Shown piece by piece: positions 23,601 to 31,178 of a stretch of DNA of 64,000 nucleotides; within the stretch, counting starts at the first letter, position 1; the number at the start of each line of letters is the position of its first letter. The translations under genes were made by a program, and so were the position numbers. The notes beneath the pieces were generated by a model. It was given only the letters and a program-made list of their open reading frames with translations. It was not told the origin of the DNA and did not search any database. The stretch is from Spirochaetaceae bacterium (GTDB lineage Bacteria > Spirochaetota > Spirochaetia > DSM-2461). The stretch is taken from contig JAOPTT010000006.1 of NCBI GenBank assembly GCA_051531975.1, positions 384,656 to 448,655 of the forward strand, in the 5' to 3' direction.

Positions 23601-26301
23601 TTATTAATTTATTAAATTCATCATCTGTTTTATATTCTAATTTATCCTCATTCAGTTCTAATCTATCTACACCTATAAACGTTATTGAACTATTGGCTTT
23701 AGTATCTTCTAAATTATTATTAAATTTTAAATCAATAAAGTTTATTACTGGTATTGTTGTATCCTTAATAAAATTAAATGATCTGATTGTTTTGTTTTCA
23801 ACTTTATCAAAAGCTGCAATATTTATTGTATTTACCCCATCTACAATATTATGATCTGATAGTTTTATTGGGCCTATTATTTGCCTAAAGTCTTCAATGT
23901 TAAATGAAAACTTAATCTTTGATAAATGTAAATCGGTAGCTATTAAACTACTATCTTTTAATGTGATATATTCTGTAATAAATATTTCATCTCCTAAAAT
24001 TGGGTTTTCAGTTATAATTTTTGGGGCTATTGAATCTATATTAACTATCTGATTTTTTGTTATTTTATTTCCAACAGAATCTGTGGCTGTTATCTGAACT
24101 TCATTTATTCCATTATTAAAAATATCTAAAACATATTCATTATTTATATTTTTAACATATGTGACTTCTTTATTATTAATAAGACAAATAACATCATTTA
24201 CTAATATATTGTCAGAGACATTAAACTTATAATAATAATGACTATATAATTTTATTGGCGTTGTAATTTCGTCTATTGTTGGTCTTACATTATCAATTTT
24301 TATCTCTTTTGTAACATTTAAAATATTACCAGAAGTATCTTTAATATTTAATTCAACTTCAAAAATACCACTTTCTGAAAACTTTATTAAAAATTTATTA
24401 TTATCTATTTGAGTCGGTTTTTTTAAAATTTTATTTATATAAATATCATGGTTATCAATTTTTATATTGTCAGAAATAGTGTATATATAGTCAAAAGTTT
24501 TATGGTAAGAATCGGTAATATTATCTATAAGAGCGGGAGGTGTATTATCAATAAATATTTGTTCATTTATAGTACTTCTATTTCCAGAATAATCTTTTGA
24601 AAAGATTTCTATAAAATTTATTCCTTCGTAATTTATTAAAACTGAATAGCTATTTAACCCATTATAAATTGGTATAACTTCAATTCCATTTTGTAAAACT
24701 TTGACAATACTAATCTTATTATTATCAGTAATAGTAAACTCATAATTAAACTGTTTATAATAACCTAATGGTTTGGTTTTAACTTCAATATTTGGTGGAG
24801 TATTATCTAATCTAATTGTTTGGTTGAAACTATTTTTATTCCCAGCCATATCTTCAATATTAACTAAAATTTCATTATCGCCATCGACATATACATTATT
24901 TAATTTATTATTTAACAGTACAGAATAAATATCGCCTATAATACTAGGAATAACCGGCATATTGTTTACGTATATTATGTTTTTTAATATTTGATTATTA
25001 TCAGATATTTTATATTTAAACTCATAAAACACCTGACTTTCATCTGAATTATCTAATATTTCAATTAAGGGTTGTACAGTATCTATGTTTTCAACTTTAT
25101 ACATTATAACACCGGAGTTAAGCCCAACACCATTAACAGCTCTAAAATATATATCTTTGTTTTCTGATATATTTATCTTATAACCTTCAAACCAATTTAC
25201 ACTGTCATAACTATATTCTGTTAGGACTATTCCAGATTCCAGGTCTCTTGATTTTGCTGTAATTACTACAGATTTATTTGTCCAATTTTCATTACTGCTA
25301 ATAACCTCAATTGTAGGAACTGAATTATCTATATTTGAGACTGAGTGATTAACGTAGGTAGTTAAACCAGATCCATTCCTAGTTTTAAAATAGACTATTT
25401 TATTTTCCGTAATAACCGGAGATCCAGTTTTCCATTTATCCTTAGAATGATATCTATATAGTGTTTTTACAATACCGGACTCTATATCTGATGTAACTGC
25501 TGTAAGTATTACAGGTTCTGATGTATTCTCTATAATATTTTGTTTTATAGTTAATGATGGAGATGTATTATCGATAGTAAATTCTTTGTTATATACTGTT
25601 CTGTTTGAAACTTGGTCTAAGGCATGAACTGTTATTTTATAATCACCGTTACGTTCATTAGTAGTTAAACTATTAATATATTGTGCGAGTTTAAGTTTAT
25701 AATTATCGTCTTCTGTTATGGATACTTTTGTACAATTATTATAACCAACTATTAAATTAGCTGCACTAATATTATTTAAGTATTTAACTTGTCCTTTAAG
25801 ATTTGTAAACTCAACTTTATAAAACAGTTCTTTAAGACTTGTACCAAGATCAGGACAGCTACTTGTATAATTTGCAGTATCATTTATTGAAACCTCTAAA
25901 TTAGGTGTTGAGTTAAAATATTTTGATGAACCAATATTATCAGTTATTGCTGGTTTAATATTATCTTTATAAACCTTAAGTGTTCCAGATTTTTCAATGT
26001 TAAAATATTCATGCTTTATTTTATAGTTAAGATCTGTTGTAGTACTACAGTAAAAGTAATGTTTAAAACTACCCGTAGAGTAAGGAAATGGAACACCCTT
26101 TTTTCTAGACCTACTATATCCATCAACATATACTCTGTAGTGTCCACCAGTAACACTAAACTTCACTAATATCTTAACATTATCTTTAAAATATAAATCA
26201 TCACCAATAGCTTCAATACTATGACTGTTTATTTTATCAGAAAATGTATATTGAATACTAATAGACATAATGATTAAAAGAATAACAATCTTCTTATTCA
26301 T
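11665..26301 (-). CDS. Giant (~4880 aa) secreted multidomain surface protein
   Basis: Uninterrupted ORF with signal peptide (start at 26301, GGAG RBS); tandem Ig-like repeats (D.AGN...IDNTPP), FN3-like segments, a long beta-rich repeat region, IPT/TIG-like, putative Ig (LPEGLQLDS.TG..FGIP), PQQ-like propeller and C-terminal YRS.D..G domains. Confidence 0.85.
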   Translation of the reverse strand: MNKKIVILLIIMSISIQYTFSDKINSHSIEAIGDDLYFKDNVKILVKFSVTGGHYRVYVDGYSRSRKKGVPFPYSTGSFKHYFYCSTTTDLNYKIKHEYFNIEKSGTLKVYKDNIKPAITDNIGSSKYFNSTPNLEVSINDTANYTSSCPDLGTSLKELFYKVEFTNLKGQVKYLNNISAANLIVGYNNCTKVSITEDDNYKLKLAQYINSLTTNERNGDYKITVHALDQVSNRTVYNKEFTIDNTSPSLTIKQNIIENTSEPVILTAVTSDIESGIVKTLYRYHSKDKWKTGSPVITENKIVYFKTRNGSGLTTYVNHSVSNIDNSVPTIEVISSNENWTNKSVVITAKSRDLESGIVLTEYSYDSVNWFEGYKINISENKDIYFRAVNGVGLNSGVIMYKVENIDTVQPLIEILDNSDESQVFYEFKYKISDNNQILKNIIYVNNMPVIPSIIGDIYSVLLNNKLNNVYVDGDNEILVNIEDMAGNKNSFNQTIRLDNTPPNIEVKTKPLGYYKQFNYEFTITDNNKISIVKVLQNGIEVIPIYNGLNSYSVLINYEGINFIEIFSKDYSGNRSTINEQIFIDNTPPALIDNITDSYHKTFDYIYTISDNIKIDNHDIYINKILKKPTQIDNNKFLIKFSESGIFEVELNIKDTSGNILNVTKEIKIDNVRPTIDEITTPIKLYSHYYYKFNVSDNILVNDVICLINNKEVTYVKNINNEYVLDIFNNGINEVQITATDSVGNKITKNQIVNIDSIAPKIITENPILGDEIFITEYITLKDSSLIATDLHLSKIKFSFNIEDFRQIIGPIKLSDHNIVDGVNTINIAAFDKVENKTIRSFNFIKDTTIPVINFIDLKFNNNLEDTKANSSITFIGVDRLELNEDKLEYKTDDEFNKLIISEPIFLSADIPDGKFNVTVRLTDKVGFSTDFVKQFIIDRISPDIQTVEISLFENNNGETSLLEDSITASNNLQLVLTNSSKDIDIPRYEYFLTKLLPSNMNYNKDNYTKYNNNSVLDFKDGGGLYYLYVYLFDDAGNRSENYTYKTIRINNKTILPPKVTGYLKANYITDVTTLNNITFKISPDNSNNSLAFVNKYRYQLYKGILAPEQLIIDSEITNFDGGITLLNLNSLKDNLTDEYYFLKVRALTNSKQQSEFSLDHKFRIDTTPPQNLLIQSQTHPDSDQEYSHGEIELNWQKPTDMTGVKKYEYYISNDNNTFIEGNVLITRVGNSCFIRLALTKDEIIGDKYVKVIATDYGDKQTEDLFKLKYNRSLPIINITDIEKDLDTLSSIITWDVIGNIESQKIIINQEDKFYSILLDKKIRSYNIDGLVLNKKYKVSISTFTDTIPVLQNISSQSFTFNNDINDNELDYVDFIYNIDGFKVYGEQHFNSNEKSAASIVVPGYINKINNLELTNLKFNQTFDYGENFDAYSDIDINGFNIKSSMEEDFYSGLYIDSLLGVNLINRFIKFTTENDELKLLFENIHLSSSINPIINSSIYEVSTPVTINSKVNINKSWILNNVSIFKLFNSRLLITAAITDFINYENLNITSFIDNISTINISNSLLTHDGSFISSKIDDELLLKWGPEEVKLKVLDSELVADNLHIKDAELLFEDEKTAVDENGNSINVYLKNLIISRNGVVINNPDDITPFYIKHNNEISFYINKLTFDDNHIQASGEIISNENRSYFNNLQINGNGISPNAQGNIDNDITYQSKSGFFLYAKKHNIKITNKGFLLENCDIDLSSFQQGLTSKIYNTVISFTLENIIQDGYSFDELTINYSDNEIYKIKEIVLTDNNLVAKKLSVNLSKFFNNIEIDIFNSNMRIDEQLDVGFIQFGYVDENISKLKLRSGFDLQFSEIYYNNGILVIPESKILLPEGSPNNALNIMDLESDQINTTYTILENSINYSHNNWNFNIYKPKITDLGISGDTEIEIILLGDKQQIKLHEFNMKYNGDIILSNFTSMESEITVYGFNAITKGINIINDELIFDNISIFNRSQNFDIQFNDINFNNKGELLSELYSNSKVVFTSNNGFKVQSDTIYFDNEKMFSTGSIYLPENLNPDKVVNFSNSPFEITSSWIVLSKTITVPITIYNNGISISIIDYFFTDEGIYIQSGIVEIDAENSIKIENVLLNKLGEEIYSGNIKQSKNISIAGWNMDIDSISFESDGITLSGNVILPEDFSDTTIYLDDIKLTKDNDKISFTSNTTINNLSLTIFDMAFDFKTIKLTSESIKISNSTIKLPDGDIFGGEIISFNNIEIFSSGAFNIVYSNSEPLNIFGLDLYINNLIINENNLEIEGSVQFPSDFFVEELRDFYVDINKFNYNMNTKEIIFELQLEDIEVEIADGWVTTISDINIDNDGINIGQGLIYFPTDWLDNISVESTGFKNLSLDFSSKEFSIEEIFFNNIEVDIENYNFTITTGSYSETEGFTFGGIFPLTGLFNGEDSPPVITVHKLQINNDYRIKELDATFEGENLSLTANKELLFSGNIRTSITEDDIDFDLSGVLVLGNTFLIEDMQADTLVISEFKYNLTNNKIKSLNAMYESSEKRVLDSTISDFVFSINYVEDTPINFTLGGNIILPETFPGIGGEIFSVNGQFDSLGNILVFDSELTITEDKQLVDNLILKSGSNISITPNIESINSNNILESISFSLNSAVIEFDENFSIEKLQGSKIITNELTINSFGGFESCDLTYSLTEQFEIFPGYKLKNGTISLLAPDNNDIKTTISGSIILPESFGDTELLINNFTIHSDGTIDVDISRSDIDTIIFEKLHLTNGELSVLTDIDNDLLFNISGDLQLVDTNLPSELTNSKLSGDIVYSANNGFTSMNIGLTSGELFKYEVVDGLTLELEDLSVDSRGIAAQGTLTIEDGFVGVLGNTKTRGYIFIDWDGEIIESEITLEELEIEYADMKCVINNISFDKDGLSFTKGIITLPSSLGNQKIDITDGGIDNTGKFYGDVNVEKLDIDLLGCKISLYSPEIDSDNNQISCSKSELVLPVALGSASIVLNDVKIDSNGLSISGGEFELPDINTGALTFKDMSALLAISGDDYEISASGKVFVASIGEVEAKISLVNISNPDYPIGLKYAYFGFEADIGGLPLGTTGLLLTGLRGGLAFGPPGDDLEEYIRDKFTSGMRIELGVTITNVEKTVTGKSDFWLNTTNLDFALKGELEYLDGLFTAYSTAIYTKSYGLELIAGLEIDFFNKIYLEGTIRAHLFDEDDKTRFCGEAYVDVSVQDILFGFPEDPMSLGRLGIEVGDFNDDRQGFKGYIELNILGSVGFFIGSDGYFDVGDVEEYTLLDSSEPNSNRLVYRTFNRIQKRSNRVNKRIIFCLEYTEGDPHISVVSPTGEVFREGDDNIIIERLSNKILLAVKDPAPGNWRLEVDNLKKESLYSIKAVGINKNPELDILTVLDKHQELNTNYTVSGKVKIYTESKPIITVYASSKIGSFTGLKIGDVILNESGEFDIKTNLTILSNNEYYLYVGLNDGINPEFYKHISGSIILNNNFNELEAIDDLVINRDEQYVNISFSDNYPNRSKGFYLTINNLTTDIIESIDLGYLTSLSLSTLNPGDIYEFSIIPYNVENEFGPVSNVVLLEIESKVYNPDNNFLIKYQEHELTIGDNSTLYIDVIPETTNLTDDYTEVIISGSPSFLDLNIKHKRLSLKEEGSYQIDLLFNQSKTDVLPGIYYISGIIKNVNNVDVFRSFKLEIIVKEPSPIVTNFSPKTWHIDDNTTIFVKGSGFTKSTKAYIDDTLCIVNYTNSKTLKIYAPKLSKQNSGELKILNSDALYTIKDVELIKPSIKLEHLKYKTKVNPKNFSWFYSRINRINRFNDEINISIENSPINWIVTNSIDGDIISTKIYIPENTIPDVYSIKLKVNEIDVEYFVEVVKNIVKPHISTIYDNIIYGFGFNPQSRVYMDNKECDVLNYKNDTLTFSAGTNEVDGIVKVQTLENVSNSIKYTYITENFNLYAFQNNFYLLPNETIKGKLYISGYSNSVDINIINDNIGISVTVLNKRVKLNGSTLLSISVGPDIKPGNYKVILSGNDGFLIKEKTLNITVGKQLKLESNKLKNGKLKNLYNDKIIVNSENEIILFELFNNSYLPEGLQLDSLTGNVFGIPKEIGTFNFSIRVNDIFNKFLISTLTIIIDDDGWYQREGPINNNRYSNTISPAEYNLKWVSESNNNSELLLSSGDFVYSISDDILYCINKYNGIVKLRSVGHFSNPILSSNYIFSLSDGIFRIYNIKNGELLTEIPKIKRYSSIRNFILLESENNYIKFSLDTFEYVITSDSLVNINKSSSFETEYNDIKSTLNFDGKYIEYRDNNIIKEFDSGITNGKIVINDKFLVIYNSSQLLLVNRLDETQLYTNMEISELILTSDKLFTIDSYGLNSWNLYTLNKIWNSSGNFISIISNDKNIYALNNSGEVECYSGRNNIYKPNTTYDIYPELPDGLNDYYKSIPEVTFTSKDIESKSSVSINKKSIWEEITKPIILLNGSHNILYRSKDTMGLIEDVRLLNVKVDFELPVIEYNINIQDNRTLLNLSGTDKISGINKMEYSINGSEYITYKSEILFSTLGSYLVSFRSIDNAGNIGVVKNCIINIGDYDMDLTETIVVKFNEVDNTLSLESSNIDLIKIEYSFTNNIINTYKNVIELQKGLHTIQYRGISTSGDFGVWKTYTLNVIGIKQFISNINTDSKNISFSKVKSPQLPNYLQGAIEILGFNKDTISMRAESDINMFIIVDSKIEVDFTWEVIESYNSYKILKKKYIEDDYIEFQKGISRILIAENIDNIITIDVPSYFEDLNSFDRIETNAVISASSWENANWFILDSKNKILQTKEGLNTHFKIPQKVGRYELCFKVEINNKTHKIYSPIIVKYD

Positions 26302-27451
26302 AGGAAGTTCTCCCATGAACTAATTGATAAATATTGTTCCTTTTGATTAATGTATAATCTTTGTAAAATACCGGAATGATTTCACTTTCAAATAGATAAA
26401 ATTCTTTACCTGTAAAAAATACATCTGTTCCTTCAAAATTATGAAGATAAAAGTTTCCTATAAGTTTAAAATTGATATCTAATTCAGAAAACAGATGGCT
26501 TGTTATAATTTTAGTTTTATCTAGATTTGAATATAACTCTACTTCAACACTGTTATTACTTTTCTTTAAACTATAGAAATTATTTATAACCTTAATTTCA
26601 ACAGGTAAAACATCTCTGATAATATAATCTGTTACTGAATAAGAAAACTCATCATAGTTGATATTTATAATTTTGTTATCTATAAAAAAAGCCTCTTTTT
26701 CACCTTCAATAATCTGCAAAAAATCATTTACAGAAAACTCTTTAACTTCAGTTATTTTTATATATTTAATCTGATTCTTAATAATTTTTACTAGATAAGC
26801 TTCATTATTTATATTGTTTTCAACAATCATAATACCGATGTGTTCAACATATGTTGGATGAATCCTAGATATAAAAAAATCTTTTATATAATGACCTTCA
26901 ATTGGAAATTTATTTATTGTAGAGAACTTTTGATTAATAAAATTATTATCAAAATAGACAGAGTATATAGAATTTGAATTATTAAAAATAACTTGAGCAT
27001 TTTCACCAATATCTGAAATAACTAATAAGTTATCAATTGGACCAGAACTATCAATAGGTATAACTAAATCATCTCTAATAATTAGATTATCATTTTTTAT
27101 ACTAATTACATTAATTGAATATTCATCTTCTTTTATACCTATAAAAAAGACCATATCCCTATTCCTAGAAAAATGTATAACTTCAACTTCAGTTATAGAA
27201 TCAAACTGATGATAGTTAAAATCAAGGTAATAGTCTAAAAACTGTTCAGAATTTTTTAGTTTTTGTTTAATAATTAGATTGTTATCTTCAATACCAAAAA
27301 AATAGTCAGACCCACTTTCAGATGAAATCATAACACTATCTGTAATGTTATTAATATCTAATAAATTGTATCTATTTTCAAAATTATTATCTAAAGAAAA
27401 CAGACTAATCAAACAAACTTTAAATAAAATTAGTACAACTATTCTTCTCAT
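26294..27451 (-). CDS. Hypothetical exported protein, first gene of the giant-protein operon
   Basis: Signal peptide; stop overlaps the start of the giant ORF. Confidence 0.75.
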   Translation of the reverse strand: MRRIVVLILFKVCLISLFSLDNNFENRYNLLDINNITDSVMISSESGSDYFFGIEDNNLIIKQKLKNSEQFLDYYLDFNYHQFDSITEVEVIHFSRNRDMVFFIGIKEDEYSINVISIKNDNLIIRDDLVIPIDSSGPIDNLLVISDIGENAQVIFNNSNSIYSVYFDNNFINQKFSTINKFPIEGHYIKDFFISRIHPTYVEHIGIMIVENNINNEAYLVKIIKNQIKYIKITEVKEFSVNDFLQIIEGEKEAFFIDNKIININYDEFSYSVTDYIIRDVLPVEIKVINNFYSLKKSNNSVEVELYSNLDKTKIITSHLFSELDINFKLIGNFYLHNFEGTDVFFTGKEFYLFESEIIPVFYKDYTLIKRNNIYQLVHGRTSYE

Positions 27452-27612
27452 CTTGGCCTACCTATAAATCTCTATAACTTACACATAGGCTGTTAATATC
27501 TATTAATTCAAATCCAGATTAGACTGACAAATATAATTCTAGATTAATGAGATGTTTAATTTTTATTCTTGAAAAAAAGTTTTAATCTACTAAACTGTAA
27601 TTAGGGGAAAAT

Positions 27613-28140
27613 ATGAAAGAAGTTAAATTTGTACACTCGATGATACCTGCCATTCAAAATATATCATCATTTAAGTTTTTATCAGAAACCGAAATGATAG
27701 ATATGATTAGTAAAAGTTCTATTCTAATGTATGGTGAACATGAAAAGATTATTAACCAGGATGATGTAGACCAAAACCTTTTTGCAGTTATTAAAGGGTG
27801 TGTAAAAGTTACTGTAGAAGAGAATGATAAGGAAGCATATATATGTACCCTAGGTAAAGCAGAGATATTTGGGGAAGCTGGAATGTTTATGAATGTTAAA
27901 AGATCCGCCAATGTTATCGCTGCTGAAGATTCAATAATATTAAAAATTGATAGACATAGTATGTTAACGTTCATCAAGAATAACCCAAGTGCTGGGAATA
28001 AAATATTTATGGTCATGATCCATGGACTTCTAAGTAAATTAAAAGAAGCAAATAGAGAATTAGCCTACGAAAGAAAAGAAGATATTGACCAGAATGATGT
28101 AGACGATTTAGTTGCAAATTTATTAAATAACAAGGAATAA
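27613..28140 (+). CDS. Cyclic nucleotide-binding domain protein (CRP-like, no evident HTH)
   Basis: IKGCVKV, LGKAEIFGEAG...KRSANV phosphate-binding cassette. Confidence 0.88.
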   Translation: MKEVKFVHSMIPAIQNISSFKFLSETEMIDMISKSSILMYGEHEKIINQDDVDQNLFAVIKGCVKVTVEENDKEAYICTLGKAEIFGEAGMFMNVKRSANVIAAEDSIILKIDRHSMLTFIKNNPSAGNKIFMVMIHGLLSKLKEANRELAYERKEDIDQNDVDDLVANLLNNKE

Positions 28141-28270
28141 TATAACTAAAAAGATACTTCCTCCTCTATAATTAAAAAGCCCAAACCGTAAAACTTCTAA
28201 AGACACTTTCATTTACCATAACCTGTAAACTTCCAAAACTATTACACTCATAATCCCTCACCTGCAGCTA

Positions 28271-28308
28271 CCACAACACCCTGCAAGCGAGTCCACATAG
28301 GGTGTTAC
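28271..28308 (-). ncRNA. Degenerate group IIC intron domain V-like remnant (copy 1)
   Basis: Minus strand reads gtaacaccctatgtggactcgcttgcagggtgttgtgg, homologous to the copy at 32638-32676. Confidence 0.5.
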
Positions 28309-28558
28309 CCTTGTCCCAAGGGTCAGGCTATCCACTTAAACTCCTCACCAAGCAAGCTTGCCTCCGGGGTAACGTTTCTATCCTTAACACAAAAGGTGGG
28401 ACTTAAAGAATAGTAAGTATTAAGGGATTGATTTAATTCAAACTGGTTTAAAGAGTACTTATGTCAATAAACATAAACAAATGTATTAGGAATATTAGTA
28501 ATTAATGATTGTACAAATTGTAACAGATAACTACTAAAACCTTAAGTAAGGTCTTTTT

Positions 28559-28713
28559 AGAGTACATATCTTGCGCAAATATAACTAAAGATATGTATAC
28601 GTAAGATGGTTTGTAGAGTTAATATTTTAATTATCTAGATTACATTATCGTTATTAAAATAATAATCTGTTAGTAGAATAAGATATATGAAAAACTAGTG
28701 ATTTGGTATGTTA
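28559..28713 (+). repeat. 155-bp direct repeat, copy 1 (upstream of the NACHT gene)
   Basis: Aligns without gaps to 32891-33045 with 6 mismatches by manual count. Confidence 0.95.
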
Positions 28714-28881
28714 TATTTATAAAGGGTACAGCCTAAGGACATCAGTGTCACCTTATATTATTTTATTTAAATCTACTCAGTTAACTATTATTTTGATTAT
28801 TTTAATTGAGCATCATACTTTATAATATAATAGTATAAATTAAATAGAAAACAATATATTATTGCTTATTTGGAGGTACTA

Positions 28882-30666
28882 ATGCTTGAAGAAGAGGTTA
28901 TGATATCTGAAATTACTGCTAATGTTATTATTTCACAATTAGAAGTTATGAAAACTTGGTTAAGTGGTAATATTAAAGATTTTTGGGTTAAAAATTTGCA
29001 AAGTTTTAATAGATATTTAACTAAAACATATGAAAAAAATAAAATGACGAAAACCCTTTTGTATAAAGATAAAGCTGTTAATATAAGTGACATTTATATT
29101 AATATCGATTTATCTATAAAAAATAAATCAAAAGTAATAAAAGACACAGAAGTTTTAGATAAAATAGAAGCAGGAAAAAAAATCCTAATCACAGCAAGCG
29201 CAGGTTCAGGTAAATCCTTCTTTGCAAAATTTCTTTTCCTGTCATGTATCGCACGTAAAAATATAATTCCAATCATGATTGAGCTTAGAAATGTAGTAGA
29301 TTTGTGTGAATCAATAATTAGTATTATTACAACTGAACTACAGGATGGTGGAATAAAAATAAGTCTATCTCAAACAGAAGAACTAGTTAACACTTGTAAA
29401 TTCTTAATAATACTTGATGGTTATGATGAGGTTCCTGCAAAACAACTAGAAACATTAAATTCAAATATTATGCAGTTTACTTCTAGAAATACTTCTTGTC
29501 CTTTAATAATTACTAGTCGACCTGATGAACGATTAGAATATTTTAGTCTATTTGAAATATATAAAATAAAACCTCTAAATTTAGATCAAGCGGTAAAGTT
29601 AATAAACAAAATTGATTATCATGAAGACGTTAAACAAAAATTCTTATTAAAGTTAAAATCGGGTAAATTTAACAAACAAAGTGATTTTATTAGTAATCCA
29701 TTATTATTATCAATTTTACTAATGACATTTGAAGAGTTTGCTGATGTACCAGACAAAATGCATATTTTTTATGAAGATGCATTTGATACTTTATATTATA
29801 GGCATGATGTATCAAAAGGAATGTTTCGTAGAGAAGTAAGATCAAAACTAGCTATAGATGATTTTAAAAGTATTCTTTCTTGTATATCATCATCTGGATA
29901 TGTACGTGGAAAACTAAATTATTCAAATACAGAACTAATAGAATATATACGAAAAGCTAAAAAAATAACTGGGATTAACAATTTAAGTCCCGAAAAATAT
30001 AAATTTGACTTATTAACAACAGTTTCACTATTTATACAAGATGGATTGAGATATACGTATAGCCATAGAACCTTTCAAGAATACTTTGCTGCATTATTTA
30101 TAATTAACTTTTCATTTGAGAATAAAATAAAATTGTACTATAAATATATTGAAAGAGGTTCATGGGATAGTGCCTTATTATTAGCTTTTGAAATGAATAG
30201 AGACACTGTAGAAACAGAATTTATATTACCAGAACTTGAAAAAGTATTAAATAAATATGAAAGTGACCCTCTTGGATTATTGGAACATTGGTTTATTAAT
30301 ATATCTTTTAAATGGATTAAATTAGAAAATGGAAAATATAAGCAAAGTTATCGTATTGTGCCACGTAAAACAAATTATGGATTCACATTATTTATTGAAG
30401 AAGCATATCCAAAAGATAAAATTAAGGGTGCACTTTCATACCATAGATTACTTACAAAAAAAAGATTTAAAGTTATTTTCCCAAACTATAAAGACAACAG
30501 ATTTATATCATTTAGAAATCTCAAAGAAATTGATAAAAAAATATTAAAAGATACTGGAATATTAGAATCTACAATTTATAGAATAGAACATATGAAATTA
30601 GTATTGAAACATATAAAACAAAGACATAAACATCGATCTATTAGTAATATTGAGAATTGGTTGTAA
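28882..30666 (+). CDS. NACHT-family STAND NTPase (bacterial NLR-related)
   Basis: Walker A ITASAGSGKS, Walker B LIILDGYDE, IITSRP, NPLLL, winged-helix YSHRTFQEYFAA; ATG at 28882 with GGAGG RBS. Confidence 0.92.
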   Translation: MLEEEVMISEITANVIISQLEVMKTWLSGNIKDFWVKNLQSFNRYLTKTYEKNKMTKTLLYKDKAVNISDIYINIDLSIKNKSKVIKDTEVLDKIEAGKKILITASAGSGKSFFAKFLFLSCIARKNIIPIMIELRNVVDLCESIISIITTELQDGGIKISLSQTEELVNTCKFLIILDGYDEVPAKQLETLNSNIMQFTSRNTSCPLIITSRPDERLEYFSLFEIYKIKPLNLDQAVKLINKIDYHEDVKQKFLLKLKSGKFNKQSDFISNPLLLSILLMTFEEFADVPDKMHIFYEDAFDTLYYRHDVSKGMFRREVRSKLAIDDFKSILSCISSSGYVRGKLNYSNTELIEYIRKAKKITGINNLSPEKYKFDLLTTVSLFIQDGLRYTYSHRTFQEYFAALFIINFSFENKIKLYYKYIERGSWDSALLLAFEMNRDTVETEFILPELEKVLNKYESDPLGLLEHWFINISFKWIKLENGKYKQSYRIVPRKTNYGFTLFIEEAYPKDKIKGALSYHRLLTKKRFKVIFPNYKDNRFISFRNLKEIDKKILKDTGILESTIYRIEHMKLVLKHIKQRHKHRSISNIENWL

Positions 30667-30715
30667 ATTAATAAGTTAGAATCAAGTAAGATCTAATGTG
30701 ATAATTAAAATATAA

Positions 30716-30757
30716 ATCGGGTAGCCAGAGGTTTCTCTCCTCAAGCCCCCACACCAC
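30716..30757 (-). ncRNA. Group IIC intron 3' end (domain VI and the 3' edge of domain V), left part of a split remnant
   Basis: Minus strand reads gtggtgtgggggcttgaggagagaaacctctggctacccgat, typical of a class C intron terminus ending ...ctacccgat. Confidence 0.7.
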
Positions 30758-30786
30758 CATTCTATTACCCACAAATCTGACAACTA

Positions 30787-31100
30787 TTATTCTTTTGACT
30801 CTTGTTTCAAAATGGCAATGTTTACTATTTGTAAATCATTGATTATATTCTGAATCTTGGCATAATTAGCCACCATCTTCCTAACTTCTATTAGTTGTTT
30901 ACGAGGTATATAGACTGTATGAGTTTTTGATTAATATCTTTGTAGGTCAACCGATATGCTTTACTTTTAGATTTTACAGAGCAAATGCATCCAGCTCTGT
31001 TACATGTAGAGCAGACACTTGTAATTGAACCTCTAAGAAAATCCGAACATCCTTCAATTTTACCCAACAGTGATTTTCGTTTTTTTGACAGTTTAATCAT
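30787..31100 (-). pseudogene. Small IS passenger gene (DUF6788-like, Cys cluster), frameshifted
   Basis: LRGSITSVCSTCNRAGCICS...AYRLTYKD; one extra A in the caaaaactc run restores ...QKTHTVYIPRKQLIEVRKMVANY... to a stop at 30787. Confidence 0.6.
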
Positions 31101-31178
31101 TACTAATCCTTACTTTATAGGCAGACGTTTTATATACTTATATTTAGTAAGATTCAACTACTATTCAGGAGGGGATAA

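Noticed and set aside
13295..23854. Several plus-strand ORFs inside the giant gene (and similar antisense ORFs elsewhere)
   Set aside because: Ser/Ile/Leu-rich antisense shadows of a long AT-rich coding strand, with no RBS or recognisable motifs.
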